This document shows, in pieces, positions 1 to 11,436 of a stretch of 64,000 nucleotides of DNA (the stretch's first letter is position 1; the number at the start of each line of letters is the position of its first letter). The position numbers were made by a program, and so were the translations under genes. The stretch is from Tubiluchus corallicola. Its lineage: Eukaryota; Animalia; Priapulida. The DNA lies in NCBI GenBank assembly GCA_030141605.1, contig JAQGDQ010000286.1, positions 124,001 through 188,000 of the forward strand. The letters run 5' to 3'. The notes under the pieces are model-generated. The model worked only from the letters and a program-made list of their open reading frames with translations. It did not search any database and was not told the DNA's origin.

Positions 1-3000
1 TCATTCAACATCAACGTTGACAGCAGACAACTCAACAACAAACAGAAATTAGACTATCTACATCGAGTTTTAGAAGGACCAGCGTATGACAAAATTAAAG
101 GGTTGGGAATGGAAGGCGACAAGTACAGTGAAGCAGTCACTATTTTGAAGAATTTTTACGGCAATCCCGGTTTTCAACAGAAAGCGCATAGGGAGTCCCT
201 GAAAGCAGTTCCGCACGTGAAAGAAAACCTGAGTAACCTTGAACAATTTACCGATGAAATACGCTCAGTTACTATATCGCTCAAACGTCAAGGCATTACA
301 AATCAAGCCCTCGACAGTCACGTGACGGAGTTAGTAGAAAAACTACCTAAATATCTGACGGAAGAAATGAATAGATTTCGGCTGTATCAAGGCAAAAAGA
401 GAGATGTAGTAAAGATGGAAGAATTAATTTCATTTTTGGAAGACTACCAAGAAGTAAATTTACATCGAACCAATGAAGGACAAGTTAAGAAAACACAGTT
501 ACGGAACCAGGGTTCTGGAACAGAAAAAGCTATCCCTACTGCAAATTTTATTCAGAATGTTTCCAGAAATAAACTGAGATGCGCCTTTTGTGAAAAAGAC
601 AATCACTACAGTGACGAATGCAAGAAGGTGGTAGATCCAAAAAAACGCAAGGAAATAATAGCCAATGCTAAAAGATGCTACAAATGTTTGAGTACCCGGC
701 ACTTAATGAAAGACTGCAACAGACAGAAGCCATGTTTCCACTGCAAAAGTACCAGTCACAACTCAGCGCTCTGCGAGAAACGAGAGAAGATTTTATCTCC
801 CCAACATTTATCTGTACAGACAGAACCAAGCGTCACTGAAACCATAGTTAAGCAGAATGATTTCCACGTCACCTATCCAGCAGAGGAAGGCATTGTGATG
901 CCAGCGTTTCCATGCACAGCAGTGAATCCGCAAACTGAAGAGGCTCGTGAAGTTTTTGTCTACGTTGATGGTGGAGCCAAACATTCAAGTATCAGCGACG
1001 AAGCAGCTTCTAGACTTAATTTGTTACGCACAGGAAGATACAAGCTAGAAACATCACGCTTCAACACAGATGTAATAGAGGCAGTACACTCGAGTAAAGT
1101 GAAGTTCATTCTAAAGGGGTCTAAAGATTTTAGCCTGCAAATTCAAGCTTATACAATTCCAAAGCTAGCGCCTCCATTCCAAGTAGAGCCAATTCGACTA
1201 GACGCACAAGCTTTGGAAAAAGTTCGGCAGCTACGACTATTGAACTTGCCACCACGAAGCAACACTCAGAGAAGAATTGATGTCATCATTGGACAAGATT
1301 TCATCAACCGCATTATGGGACCAATGATTCCAGCTACCCATATTCAGAATGATTTGTTTGCTCATCGCAGTCCATTGGGAGATTTTCTAGCCGGAAATGC
1401 TACGATACCGGAAATGAATTACGATTCTAGCACTCGACCAGTTGTCGCGCCTAATTTATTTTGCTATTCTGCTATAGAAGATGTTGCAGACTCGACACAG
1501 TTAGAACAAGTAGGAATAAACAAGCAGTCTGAATTATCAGAGAAGGATAAAGAAGTTATCCAGAAATTTAGAGAAACAATTGAATTCAAGCATGGACGTT
1601 ATAAAGTTGGTTTTCCATGGAAACATCCTATACAGCATTTGGTTTCGAACTATCACGTAGCAAAGAAAAGACTTGAGTCTACACTAAAGATGTTAGCTCC
1701 TAATGGATCACCAACACGTCACTACGCTACGTACAATGAAACTATCAACAACCAGCTTCATCAAGGAATAATTGAGTCAGTTACTCAGCCTACAACAGAA
1801 CGACGCTTTATACACTACATAGCACATTTTCCAGTGATAAACGAAAATCGTACTTCTACTCAAGTTCGCATCGTGTACGACGCTAGTGACAAGAACAAAG
1901 CTGATGGTAAAAGCTTGAACGACCTAATACACGCTGGACCATGTCTACTTACTAACCTGGTTGGAATTTTACTACGTTTTCGCCTGTTTGAAATTGTCAT
2001 GGTAGCGGACATTGAAAAAGCGTTCCATCAAGTTTCTCTAATGGAAGCAGACAGAGATACTGTCAGATTTCTATGGCTGAAAGATCCATCACAGCCTGAC
2101 ACAGTGGACAACATCAAGGTATATCGCTTTACCAGACTCCCATTTGGTGTCAATGCGTCTCCATTTTTACTACTAGCTACGATACTACATCACTTACAGC
2201 AAAACCCGGGAACACTAGCAAATAGACTACAACAAAATCTGTATGTGGACAATGTCATTTTAGAAGTTGTGCATGGAGAAGACCCTATGGAGATATACCA
2301 GTCAGCGAAGAACCTATTTGATATGGCAGCAATGAATCTACGCCAATGGCTGTCAAATGATCTCAAGCTTAATGAAGCTCTACCGCAATGGGACCGACAA
2401 CAAGGTACTACAGTAAAAGTACTGGGAATTATTTGGGACACCGCCAATGATGTAATGAGACCACAGTACATATTTCAACCACTAGAAGTGTATACCAGAA
2501 GACTAGCAATGCAACAGCTTGCTCGACTATATGATCCGCTTGGAATCTACCTGCCAGTAACTATCAAAGGAAAGATTTTGCTACACAAAATGGCTAAACA
2601 GAAGTTCGGTCTAGATGAGCCAGTCACAGCTTCAATGGTTTTAGAGTGGCAGCAATTAGAAGAAGAACTGAAAAACATTCCACAAATAACACTTCCACGC
2701 AGAGTCATCATGGATAGACAAGTTCCTGTTCAACTACTATGCTTCACAGATGCCAGTAAAGATGCATATTGTGCCTGCATCTATATTCATCAACGTTTAG
2801 ATAACCACGTTATATCTTCATTAGCATTTGCGAAGTCTCAAGTAGCGACATTGACAGTTAGTCAAACTCTATCACGACTAGAACTAGAAGCCGTTCTAAT
2901 AGGATGCAGGATGCTTCGATTTGTAGAAAATCAGATTGATCAACCATTGCTAGATAAGCACTTATGGACAGATTCACAAATTGTGCTCTGTTGGATTCAC

Positions 3001-4860
3001 TCGTCCAAAGTTTTACCACCCTATATAGAAAGACGTCGAAGTGAAATAATATCTATGGATGATATCCAGTTTAGATACATCGACACTAAAGCCAATCCTG
3101 CTGATTGGGGCACTCGCGGAATCTCAGCAAAGAAATTATGTGAGTGCAACTGGATTTGTGGACCAGAATGGTTATCACTAGAGCCTAAACAGTGGCCAAA
3201 ATGGAGCGGAAACACCAACATACAGTTGCCAAATTTGAGTCGTTCAAGAAAAACACAGACAGCTTTAGTTACAGTAACGGAGGAGAAACCTGCTGTTTAC
3301 CCCTTTGGTATAGATGTTAATAACTACAGCGACTATGACAAGCTTCTAAGGGTAACCAGCTACTGCCAGAGATTTATTGACAGGTGTCGCAAAAAGAAGA
3401 TACCAGAATCAACTAATATCACTGCAGATGAGATGATTGAAGCACGTATAATGTGGATTAAACAAGTGCAACAGGACTGCTTCTCAATGGAATCCAAACT
3501 TCTACACCATGGCAAATTTAATCAACTGATAAAACAACTAGATCTCCACACCGACAAAGGTGTTATATGCTGTGGCGGGAGGCTTGCTAATGCAATAACT
3601 GATCAATCAATGTTTCCAATTCTGCTACCTAGAAGTCATCGTTTTACAGAGCTAATCATCGAAAAGGCTCACAGGAGAGTCTTGCATTCTGGAGTTAAAG
3701 CTACTCTAGCTGAGATTAGGAAACAATACTGGATTCCACAAGGTTATACAACAGTGCGAAAAACTTTGTCTAAGTGTCTCCTGTGCCAAAAGATTCAAGG
3801 AGGAACATTCAAACCACCAAGAATGGCACAACTACCAATGGAACGTCTCCGCAGGACACCCGCATTTCACTTTACAGGGATGGATTACATAGGACCAATG
3901 CTCATTCGTGCCAAGCCTGGTGAATATCATGAGAAGAGATGGATAGCATTATTCACTTGCTTCACAACACGGGCGGTCCATTTGGAAATTGTTCAGGATC
4001 AGTCAGCAAGTGCCACTGTTCAAGCAATAATTCGCTTCATTAGCAGAAGAGGTTGTCCAGCAGTTATCCTGAGTGACAACGCTACATATTTCAAGAAGAG
4101 TGAAGCACTGCTGATGCAATATTTTGCAGAACAACGAATCCGCTGGAAATATATTCCCGAGAGGTCACCGTGGGTCGCTGGATTTTATGAGCGTCTTGTG
4201 GCAGTGATTAAGCAGGCCATGAAGAAAACTCTTTGGAAAGCTACGTTAGACAACGATGGACTGCAAACTCTCATAACGCAGATCGAAAGTCTAATGAACA
4301 CTAGACCACTGCTTAACATTTCATCGAGTCCTGAAGAACTTACAATGTTAACACCAGCTAACTTCATCGCGCCTATGGGAAAACTAAGCATTTCTACATC
4401 AAACGAAGATGTTTTGGACCCAGACTATGCACCAGAAGCAAGACCTACAGATGCACTGAAGGTCCAATGGCAGAAGGTCAACCGAAAGCTAGATCAGTTT
4501 TGGAGTGTATGGCATAAGCACTATCTACACTCATTGAGAGAAACCCACCAAGTGCACTTTCGACGGAAACGTGGAGAAATCGCAAGAAAACCTACAGTTG
4601 GAGAAGTTTGCCTGATTCAAGACGCCACTCCACGTGCAACATGGAAGATTGGAAAGATTGTAGAATTCCTCCCTTCACAAGATGGCGAGATCCGCTTTGT
4701 CAGCATCAAGCTCCCGACTGGCTATGTAACAAGACGAGGGGTGAAGGATTTGGTTCCCTTAGAAACGAATTTCGAGGCAGGTGAAACCAAAGACACTACA
4801 CAACTGTTGACATGCTGGCGGGAGGATGTCGTTGTGAACGACCGAAGATTTTGTCTGTAG
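1..4860 (+). CDS. BEL/Pao Gag-Pol polyprotein (5'-partial; frame is open from base 1, so the TTG at 103 is not the start)
   Basis: DUF1759-like Gag (QKLDYLHRVLEGPA); three Zn knuckles (CAFC..H..C, CYKC..H..C, CFHC..H..C); protease VDGGA; RT RIVYDAS, ADIEKAF, RLPFG, YVDN; RNase H FTDAS, LELEA, WTDS, NPAD; integrase HHCC plus DYIGP, SDNAT, YERLV; C-terminal DUF5641-like region. No internal stops. Confidence 0.95.
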   Translation, partial: SFNINVDSRQLNNKQKLDYLHRVLEGPAYDKIKGLGMEGDKYSEAVTILKNFYGNPGFQQKAHRESLKAVPHVKENLSNLEQFTDEIRSVTISLKRQGITNQALDSHVTELVEKLPKYLTEEMNRFRLYQGKKRDVVKMEELISFLEDYQEVNLHRTNEGQVKKTQLRNQGSGTEKAIPTANFIQNVSRNKLRCAFCEKDNHYSDECKKVVDPKKRKEIIANAKRCYKCLSTRHLMKDCNRQKPCFHCKSTSHNSALCEKREKILSPQHLSVQTEPSVTETIVKQNDFHVTYPAEEGIVMPAFPCTAVNPQTEEAREVFVYVDGGAKHSSISDEAASRLNLLRTGRYKLETSRFNTDVIEAVHSSKVKFILKGSKDFSLQIQAYTIPKLAPPFQVEPIRLDAQALEKVRQLRLLNLPPRSNTQRRIDVIIGQDFINRIMGPMIPATHIQNDLFAHRSPLGDFLAGNATIPEMNYDSSTRPVVAPNLFCYSAIEDVADSTQLEQVGINKQSELSEKDKEVIQKFRETIEFKHGRYKVGFPWKHPIQHLVSNYHVAKKRLESTLKMLAPNGSPTRHYATYNETINNQLHQGIIESVTQPTTERRFIHYIAHFPVINENRTSTQVRIVYDASDKNKADGKSLNDLIHAGPCLLTNLVGILLRFRLFEIVMVADIEKAFHQVSLMEADRDTVRFLWLKDPSQPDTVDNIKVYRFTRLPFGVNASPFLLLATILHHLQQNPGTLANRLQQNLYVDNVILEVVHGEDPMEIYQSAKNLFDMAAMNLRQWLSNDLKLNEALPQWDRQQGTTVKVLGIIWDTANDVMRPQYIFQPLEVYTRRLAMQQLARLYDPLGIYLPVTIKGKILLHKMAKQKFGLDEPVTASMVLEWQQLEEELKNIPQITLPRRVIMDRQVPVQLLCFTDASKDAYCACIYIHQRLDNHVISSLAFAKSQVATLTVSQTLSRLELEAVLIGCRMLRFVENQIDQPLLDKHLWTDSQIVLCWIHSSKVLPPYIERRRSEIISMDDIQFRYIDTKANPADWGTRGISAKKLCECNWICGPEWLSLEPKQWPKWSGNTNIQLPNLSRSRKTQTALVTVTEEKPAVYPFGIDVNNYSDYDKLLRVTSYCQRFIDRCRKKKIPESTNITADEMIEARIMWIKQVQQDCFSMESKLLHHGKFNQLIKQLDLHTDKGVICCGGRLANAITDQSMFPILLPRSHRFTELIIEKAHRRVLHSGVKATLAEIRKQYWIPQGYTTVRKTLSKCLLCQKIQGGTFKPPRMAQLPMERLRRTPAFHFTGMDYIGPMLIRAKPGEYHEKRWIALFTCFTTRAVHLEIVQDQSASATVQAIIRFISRRGCPAVILSDNATYFKKSEALLMQYFAEQRIRWKYIPERSPWVAGFYERLVAVIKQAMKKTLWKATLDNDGLQTLITQIESLMNTRPLLNISSSPEELTMLTPANFIAPMGKLSISTSNEDVLDPDYAPEARPTDALKVQWQKVNRKLDQFWSVWHKHYLHSLRETHQVHFRRKRGEIARKPTVGEVCLIQDATPRATWKIGKIVEFLPSQDGEIRFVSIKLPTGYVTRRGVKDLVPLETNFEAGETKDTTQLLTCWREDVVVNDRRFCL

Positions 4861-5216
4861 TGCTTAGGCTCGGACATGGAGTTCGTCAAGCCGCGATAAT
4901 CTTATTCAATCATTTAATCTGTACTATTGTTACTTAAGTGTAGACTTTACCTCAACTGGTCTTCGTTGCTGTAAAGTATGCATTGCCACTAATAGATGGC
5001 AGCACTATTGAATTGTGGTCTAATTTGTATTAGCGTGCAAAAGTACTCAGTGTGTGAAGCAGGACTGCATGGCTGCAGTAATGTGAAAGCTGTAGCTGTA
5101 ATAAATAAACGTTTAAAGTATAATCAACGGTTATACCTTTTGTCAACACGACAGATGTTGTCAATCGATAAACACCAGTGATATGTGAATCTTTAGCAGG
5201 ATATCAGAAAACAACA
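4827..5216 (+). repeat. 3' LTR of the BEL/Pao element (about 390 bp)
   Basis: TG...CA termini with short imperfect inverted ends (TGTCGT / ACAACA), PPT immediately 5', AATAAA at about 5100-5109. The right end is inferred because the 5' LTR is not in the window. Confidence 0.75.
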
Positions 5217-5537
5217 ATTAGTAACTCATTTTAAAGCAACGTAACGGTGGCTCTGTTTTCTCATAAACATTAGTATGATATTCCTTTAGATAAAAATTAC
5301 TACCTGTGACAATGCAAAAAATACATTTTTACGTATAGTTTGTTCTAGCTTTGTAGCGTCAGTTAACACACTTTTACAGAATGCTATTTATGCATTTTAT
5401 TATTGTATGTTATGTAATATGTATCACAAATTTGTGTATATGTTCTGCACAGCTTGCTTAAGAAGTCTGTGCAATTGAATTGTTTTGTTTATTTCTGCTG
5501 TTTACTTGTTTATCTGTATTTAAAATGCTATTTTCAG

Positions 5538-6425
5538 ATGTTGCAAACCTGGTTGAAAACTGTCCAAACTTACGTGAACTTGATCTTAGTGATTGTAACC
5601 TATTAACTCGAAAATCATTGGCTTCCATTGCATCTAGCTTATATAAACTCCAGTACCTTGCAATCAGTCGTTGTTACAAAATTCATCTTGGCGATATCAC
5701 GTAGGTATTTTTGATTGCGCTTGCTTTCTGTAAGTAACTGAAGCACGTAAAATCTTTGTGGTGCTGCAATAATGGCAAGAACAATTTTACTCTTGCCTCA
5801 CTTGGCAACTTGAACAAACTAAACTCAAAGTGGTGTGATAACCTGTCTTTATTCCTTGTGTCAGAATATTATGGGTCCAACTCCAATATGTTCCTAATGG
5901 TGTGAGTGAGTTGGGCAAACCAAACCAATTCACCAACAGCAACTAGATCTGAATTAACTGTGCATTGTACAATTTTTGTTGTTGTCAACAATGTTGCAAT
6001 GTCAATAGCCAATTTTTAACCAAGGTTTATTAACCAATGTAAATAACCAAGGTTTAATAATACAGTTGATTAAAGAACTGTATCCTCTATCATTACTGGA
6101 AACCCAACCCAAATCAGTGCAGACGGATATAAACATTTTTATTTATCATATTAATCAAAAACTAAATTGTTCTACCTATACTTTCTGTATAGCTTATACT
6201 TGCATCGTATTATCTTATACTTTTTGCAGATTGCTAAGAGAACTGTCCCTACTAAGTGCGCTCGATGTTTTTGGGATGCTTACGGAAAACAACGTGCAGT
6301 GTTTAATTGACTACCTTCCTGGTGTACAAATTAACCACTTCCCATTCTCCAGCATTGCCCGCCCGACCACCGGCATTCGCAGGACTAGTATATGGGGATT
6401 ACGTGTTCGCGATCGGGCAATGTAA
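5538..6425 (+). CDS. SKP2: S-phase kinase-associated protein 2 (F-box/LRR), last two coding exons 5538-5700 and 6230-6425; 5' exons outside window
   Basis: LRR CPNLRELDLSDC...LQYLAISRCY and the SKP2-type C-terminus LDVFG...FSSIARPTTGIRRTSIWG. GT-AG intron 5701-6229 joins in phase (AC+A). Confidence 0.9.
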
Positions 6426-9400
6426 CAGATTTATGGCCGAGAAAACACGGTTTCCCACGACTCATCATGTGATTGCTAGTATTTTTCCTGATAGGTTCTA
6501 AGGCAGACCAAGACTCCATAGAATGGTGAAACCTCTTAAAACAGATAAGGGAAGCTGAGTGATTTTATTATTGTAATCCTTTACCTCGTTTTTGATTGAA
6601 TTTTTGCAATCATTTATGCTTTGCTCTAAACCATTTGTTTCAAGCATGCACGCAGCAGTACTAGTCAAACAAGTTCGTTATACTCGGATGTAAAAATTGT
6701 GTCATTTATAAAACTTCAGAGAGCTGCTTAAACTGCCTAAAATTAATTTTAAAAAAATCATTAAAGAGCAACATGCATTTGAAAAACTAATTCACTTATA
6801 TAACATTTCAGGAAAGTCACAAGTTTTTCTCACTCTCCCATGTGCAATAATAATACGTTTTTAAACACTTTTATAGTCTGTCAGTGAATTATTCACACCT
6901 ATGCCTTTTCGTAAAAATTGTACCATTTTTGTAAATTGTAGTTACTTTGTTCTTTTGATCTTTTTTAAATAATACGAAACCATTCCTGTGTTATTTGCCT
7001 TGTAACAGCTTTTGTGTATGAGGGTGTTTGCTTACGTTTCATCAGATGATTTCACTTTGTATAATTAATAAATTTATTGGTAAATTAAAAGATCTTACTG
7101 CAATTGACATTGCTAATTATGTTATTTTTTACAGTTTTACTGCTTAATTATTGCACTGAGTGCTTTTGATTATCTTATAGTTTTGTTTTTGTCTATTACA
7201 TTATATGATTGTGTGTCTTTTACAAATTATTTCATAGTTTTAAATTAGTCAGCAGTGTCAGTAGATAGTAGAAGCCATAACATTTTTTCTAGAATTTTAT
7301 TTTGCATTTTCCTATACTGTTAGGAATTTCCCAATATAGAACAAGTCCTCAGAGGGTAAATATAATATCGTGCTGGCGTAATCTAACCCATAAGAAATTT
7401 GCAAACTATTACTTTTTACTAACATAGAGCACCATCTTTTGCAAGCTCATGTATGCTGAGTTTGCTTTTGTGTTAGCAATATTTTCCCCAAAAGTAACCA
7501 ATCTCTGAACACACCACCGTCATAATCACTGTTTGAGACATTTTGGCAGTACTGCCTGGATAACACATTAAATCAGGAAGTATGAATTGTTACTACATAC
7601 TTGTATTGCTTATAAATTATCAGGTTTGGGTATTATTACTGTTTTCTGTTGCATGCTAATATTTTTGTAGTGTCCACTGTTTAGTTGATTTTTTATTGTT
7701 AGACAATTTTTGGTAGACAATAAATTTTTATATCAGCAGGTTTTGTTATTGATTATCCTTTACTTAATTACATTATCAGTTAGCAATCATTTTTGTCTCA
7801 TACAACTACATTTGGTAGCAAGCTTTTACCAGTGTTACAGTTTAATATATCATACTACAAGACGGAATCATAGCAACCAAACAATTAACTTATCAAAATT
7901 TATTTGGAAATGCCATAACATGCAGTTTCGATTGTGCTTATTTACATTAATGGTCTGTAATTAAATAAAAGTTCAAAATAAAAGCAAACAGATAAATTGG
8001 GCACTCATAAATTATATCACTGTCTAAAGAACCCTTGTCCAAACTAGGTGTTCTTTCTGCAGGCATAAATTACCAACTAGTCAGTCTATAATGCAAACAT
8101 AAGTATGAAAAAATATTATCTAACCAATTGCTGATTTATAATCTCAGTGTAAATGATATCAATCAATGATGACAACATGAATCCACAGGATCGTTTGGCT
8201 TAGTATGACACTAGATTTCTAGTTCTCAGGTTCAGTGAAAACTTTTTTACATTTGCATTCTTTCGATCAAGTTCAGTTTCAAAAAATTTAGCAACAGCAG
8301 TTCCATTCCATTGCTACATTGATCAATATTAGTACAGCTTGGCAGGTGAAATCCATATGTGATCTTAGTCAATTGTGCAAATATCAGTACTGAATCCGCT
8401 GAACCTAAGACGCGACATCAAAAAAAGAAAAAGATATACACACACATGAATCTTATCTCTTTTAATGTATCGTTTTTAATAATAAATAATATCTTGCAAA
8501 AAGCAAGATGATGCACAGTAAAATGTGATCATATTACTCCTTTCTATAGTGCTAATCACAAATTTTTGCCTTAAACCTATTTCCACACTAAGTAGTAATT
8601 ACAGCAAATTCTGAAAACCAATGGTACTGAGATTATGTTTTACTCATAACGACTATTAGACTAATTTTAATATTAAATTTTTGGGTTGCAACACCCAGAT
8701 TTACTTTTCCGTTTGAAATATTACTAAATGTTTTTTTTGTAATGGCAAAGCAACTAATTATAAAAAAACAGACATCATTAAGACAATAGGAATTTTGTCT
8801 AGACCTCATTGGTGAAATTTGTCCTGGACTTCATCTTACTGTCAAGTTTGTTATAATGCAATTTTAGTGGCACCCTATATTTGGAGTCGTAATGAGGTTT
8901 GACTGCAGTGGCTAACAGATTAAGGATGGACAACAAAAAATTGTTTCAGTTTGTGAACCTTTAAAACTATAATCTGTACATTTAGAACGCATACATGTAC
9001 GTAAACAGTGCCAAAAATATAAACAAAACACAACATTTATTAAACAACATAGTAATTTAAATGCTTAGTAGCATAGCGTGCAAACTGTATTATTTGATCA
9101 ATGTTAAACCTGCATTTTTAACTCGTTTCCTTTTAAAGTGTTACAAACAATACGTGTACAAATATGCCCTCTGTATTTCATCTCAGAGCATTATCCTGAT
9201 GATTAGCAAAGTTCCTGTCCTCCCACCCCCATTTTCATTAAAAAGGCATGCCACTGAGTGCTGTATGTCTGCTTGCAGAATACTGAACCATATAAAAATG
9301 AGTGTAAACATTTCCTGACAAATTGCGAAAAAGGCCTGCCTGTGTGAATTTTCTATGTAAAATAATAATGTATCATTCACAATTTTTTCAATTCACATTC

Positions 9401-9604
9401 ATCTATAGTGATCTAATAAAATATTTTAACTAACTAATAAGAAATGAAATTATTTTGAATATGATTTCAATTTCCCGAACTAAACAACTTTTTCTACTAG
9501 TTACCTTCTACTCAGTTTGACATCAAAAGACTTCTAAGCATGGAAAACAATATTCAAAGTAACAAATGATCATAAGTAATTTTGACACACAGTCAACTTT
9601 AGTT

Positions 9605-10204
9605 TCAGCTAAAGATGGCTTCTGTTGCTCTTGTTATATCCCAATTACACGATGACAAAGCTACACGTGCTTTATGCTCTTCAACTCCCATATCTATTAG
9701 CTGCTTTAATTTAGAGTTTAATTCAGGGGCACTACTAGATGCGCCAGCACATGCATGTGCCCAGTGCCTGGCAGTTTCATAAAAAACTCTTCGGTTCTCT
9801 TTGTACTGTGTCGCCACGACTGCATCTTGAGGATCGTCTGGCTCAGGAGCGGCTAACAAAGCTTGCACTGACAAGAGAACAGTCCTGAGGGTCATAGCCG
9901 CTGCCCACTGATCCCTGAGGATATCAAGACATATGGCTCCTGTGACAGAACTGACGTTAGGATGCCAGATCTTTGTTAGAAATCTGACTTTGGGGGGATT
10001 GAATGGATATGTTTCTGGTATTTTTATATCCAGCACATATGTTCCCCCTTCATAAGGTGTGTCTGGTGGACCAGCAATTTCACCTCTAAGCTCTGTGTAG
10101 CTGTCATTTGCTAGCTCTACTTTAATGGCAAAATTTGCTACTTCTTCACTTCGTACAACTTCTTTGAATTCTCTTTTAATTCGAGCCACGGCTATGTTAG
10201 CCAT
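9605..10204 (-). CDS. UBE2K: Ubiquitin-conjugating enzyme E2 K (E2-25K/HIP2), 199 aa, intronless CDS
   Basis: MANIAVARIKREFKEV, PETYPFNPPKV, catalytic region WHPNVSSVTGAICLDILRDQWAAAMTL, PDDPQDAVVA, C-terminal UBA domain. Likely 5'UTR acceptor TTTGCTTTCAG at 10310-10320. Confidence 0.97.
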   Translation of the reverse strand: MANIAVARIKREFKEVVRSEEVANFAIKVELANDSYTELRGEIAGPPDTPYEGGTYVLDIKIPETYPFNPPKVRFLTKIWHPNVSSVTGAICLDILRDQWAAAMTLRTVLLSVQALLAAPEPDDPQDAVVATQYKENRRVFYETARHWAHACAGASSSAPELNSKLKQLIDMGVEEHKARVALSSCNWDITRATEAIFS

Positions 10205-10999
10205 TTCAATAATTTCACTATGATGTAAAACTGCTCAGGCCAATAATGAAAAATATGTCAAATATATGAAGTATGTTATTCAAAGAGCGAACAAGGTGGC
10301 ATTCAGTTCCTGAAAGCAAACAAAAAACTTCACATTACGTCATAAATAATTACACATAAAATTGTCACTTAAAAACACCCCCCTCCCCCCAGTAAAGATA
10401 GTAAAATTGTGCCACATCATTTTCTCCATTAACAATGAATGTTTCATTTCACAACAAATTTTTGACCTTACAGTTTGTTGTAATGTCATCATCTTTTGAA
10501 AACCTGCTAGGAATACCAAATCGAAATTTCTAATAATGAAACACCGAGTTGCAACGGCATTAACCATTCGTTTCGAATTGAGGTGAGTTATATTATGCCT
10601 TCACGGGCAAAAAGTAATATTAACGGTTAACAAGGTGACCTTTTGTGTTCAAAATCAACGTAAACATCTTTATTTTTACAACTGAAGATATATAGCACAG
10701 TTCGTAATCAGTTCGTAATACAGCACAGTATATAGCCAAAGTTCGAAGCATGAATACGCCTTGTCCCTTCCAATTGCCATTTTTTATTTTGGCTCTGTTC
10801 TGTTGTACTATTTGCCACTACATGCCTTTTATCATCAGTAAGTGCCGTAACTCCAATACTGCCCAGAAATATCTCCTCATCATTTTTTTGAGATAATTGT
10901 GGTCATTCGCCAATCCTCGCAAATTAGCTGGCTTATATAGCTGTCTAATTGCCACAGTTCCGCCCTGGTAATTGAGTCAGACATTTTTGAAATGGTGTG

Positions 11000-11436
11000 T
11001 AACAATACCACAATGTGCAGTTGGCCTAGGATCGAAAGTACTCAAAGGGCGAAGTGTGAGTGGATTATGTTTTGCATAAAGTACAAGAGCTACATGCTTA
11101 CAATGTGCATAGTGTCCCATACCAACTGCACATTCACACTGGGACTCCTGTGGAATGCTGTTGCTGTCACCTTATATATTACTCTTTTTTTTCATTTCTG
11201 CTGCTCCAGCAACGTACACAAAACTGTCACATTCTGCAGAATGCAATGATCGTACAAATCCACCTCCATACAAATGCTGCACTTTCTATCAATACAATAC
11301 AATCAGAACTGATACACTTGTAGCTTGTGTGTTCTGGAGTTTTCGTCTGAAATTCCTCTTTCCGACCGAAGCATTTCACTTCCTTAATTCTTCTTTCAGT
11401 TGTTTCAATGCCAGATCGCCAAATGCTGAAGTCTTT
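11000..11436 (-). pseudogene. Degraded SAP plus SWIM zinc-finger transposon gene fragment (Kolobok/YqaJ-type accessory protein-like)
   Basis: Minus-strand translation with a stop and frameshifts: LALKQLKEELRK*NASVG (SAP-like), AEMKKK/VIYKV, QCECAVGMGHYAHCKHVALVLYA (SWIM motif, 11094-11141), FDPRP. Confidence 0.65.

Larger units (their letters stand above)
1..5216 (+). mobile_element. BEL/Pao LTR retrotransposon (5' part outside window), ending in its 3' LTR
   Basis: Single gag-pol ORF with BEL domain order Gag-PR-RT-RNaseH-IN. Polypurine tract GGCGGGAGGA directly precedes TGTCGTTGT (4827); candidate LTR end ACAACA at 5216. Confidence 0.95.

Noticed and set aside
8155-8420. Possible C/D-box snoRNA or SINE (ATGATGA motif and a GGTTCAG/CTGAACC inverted match)
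   Set aside because: No terminal stem, no correctly spaced D box and no intact A/B boxes.
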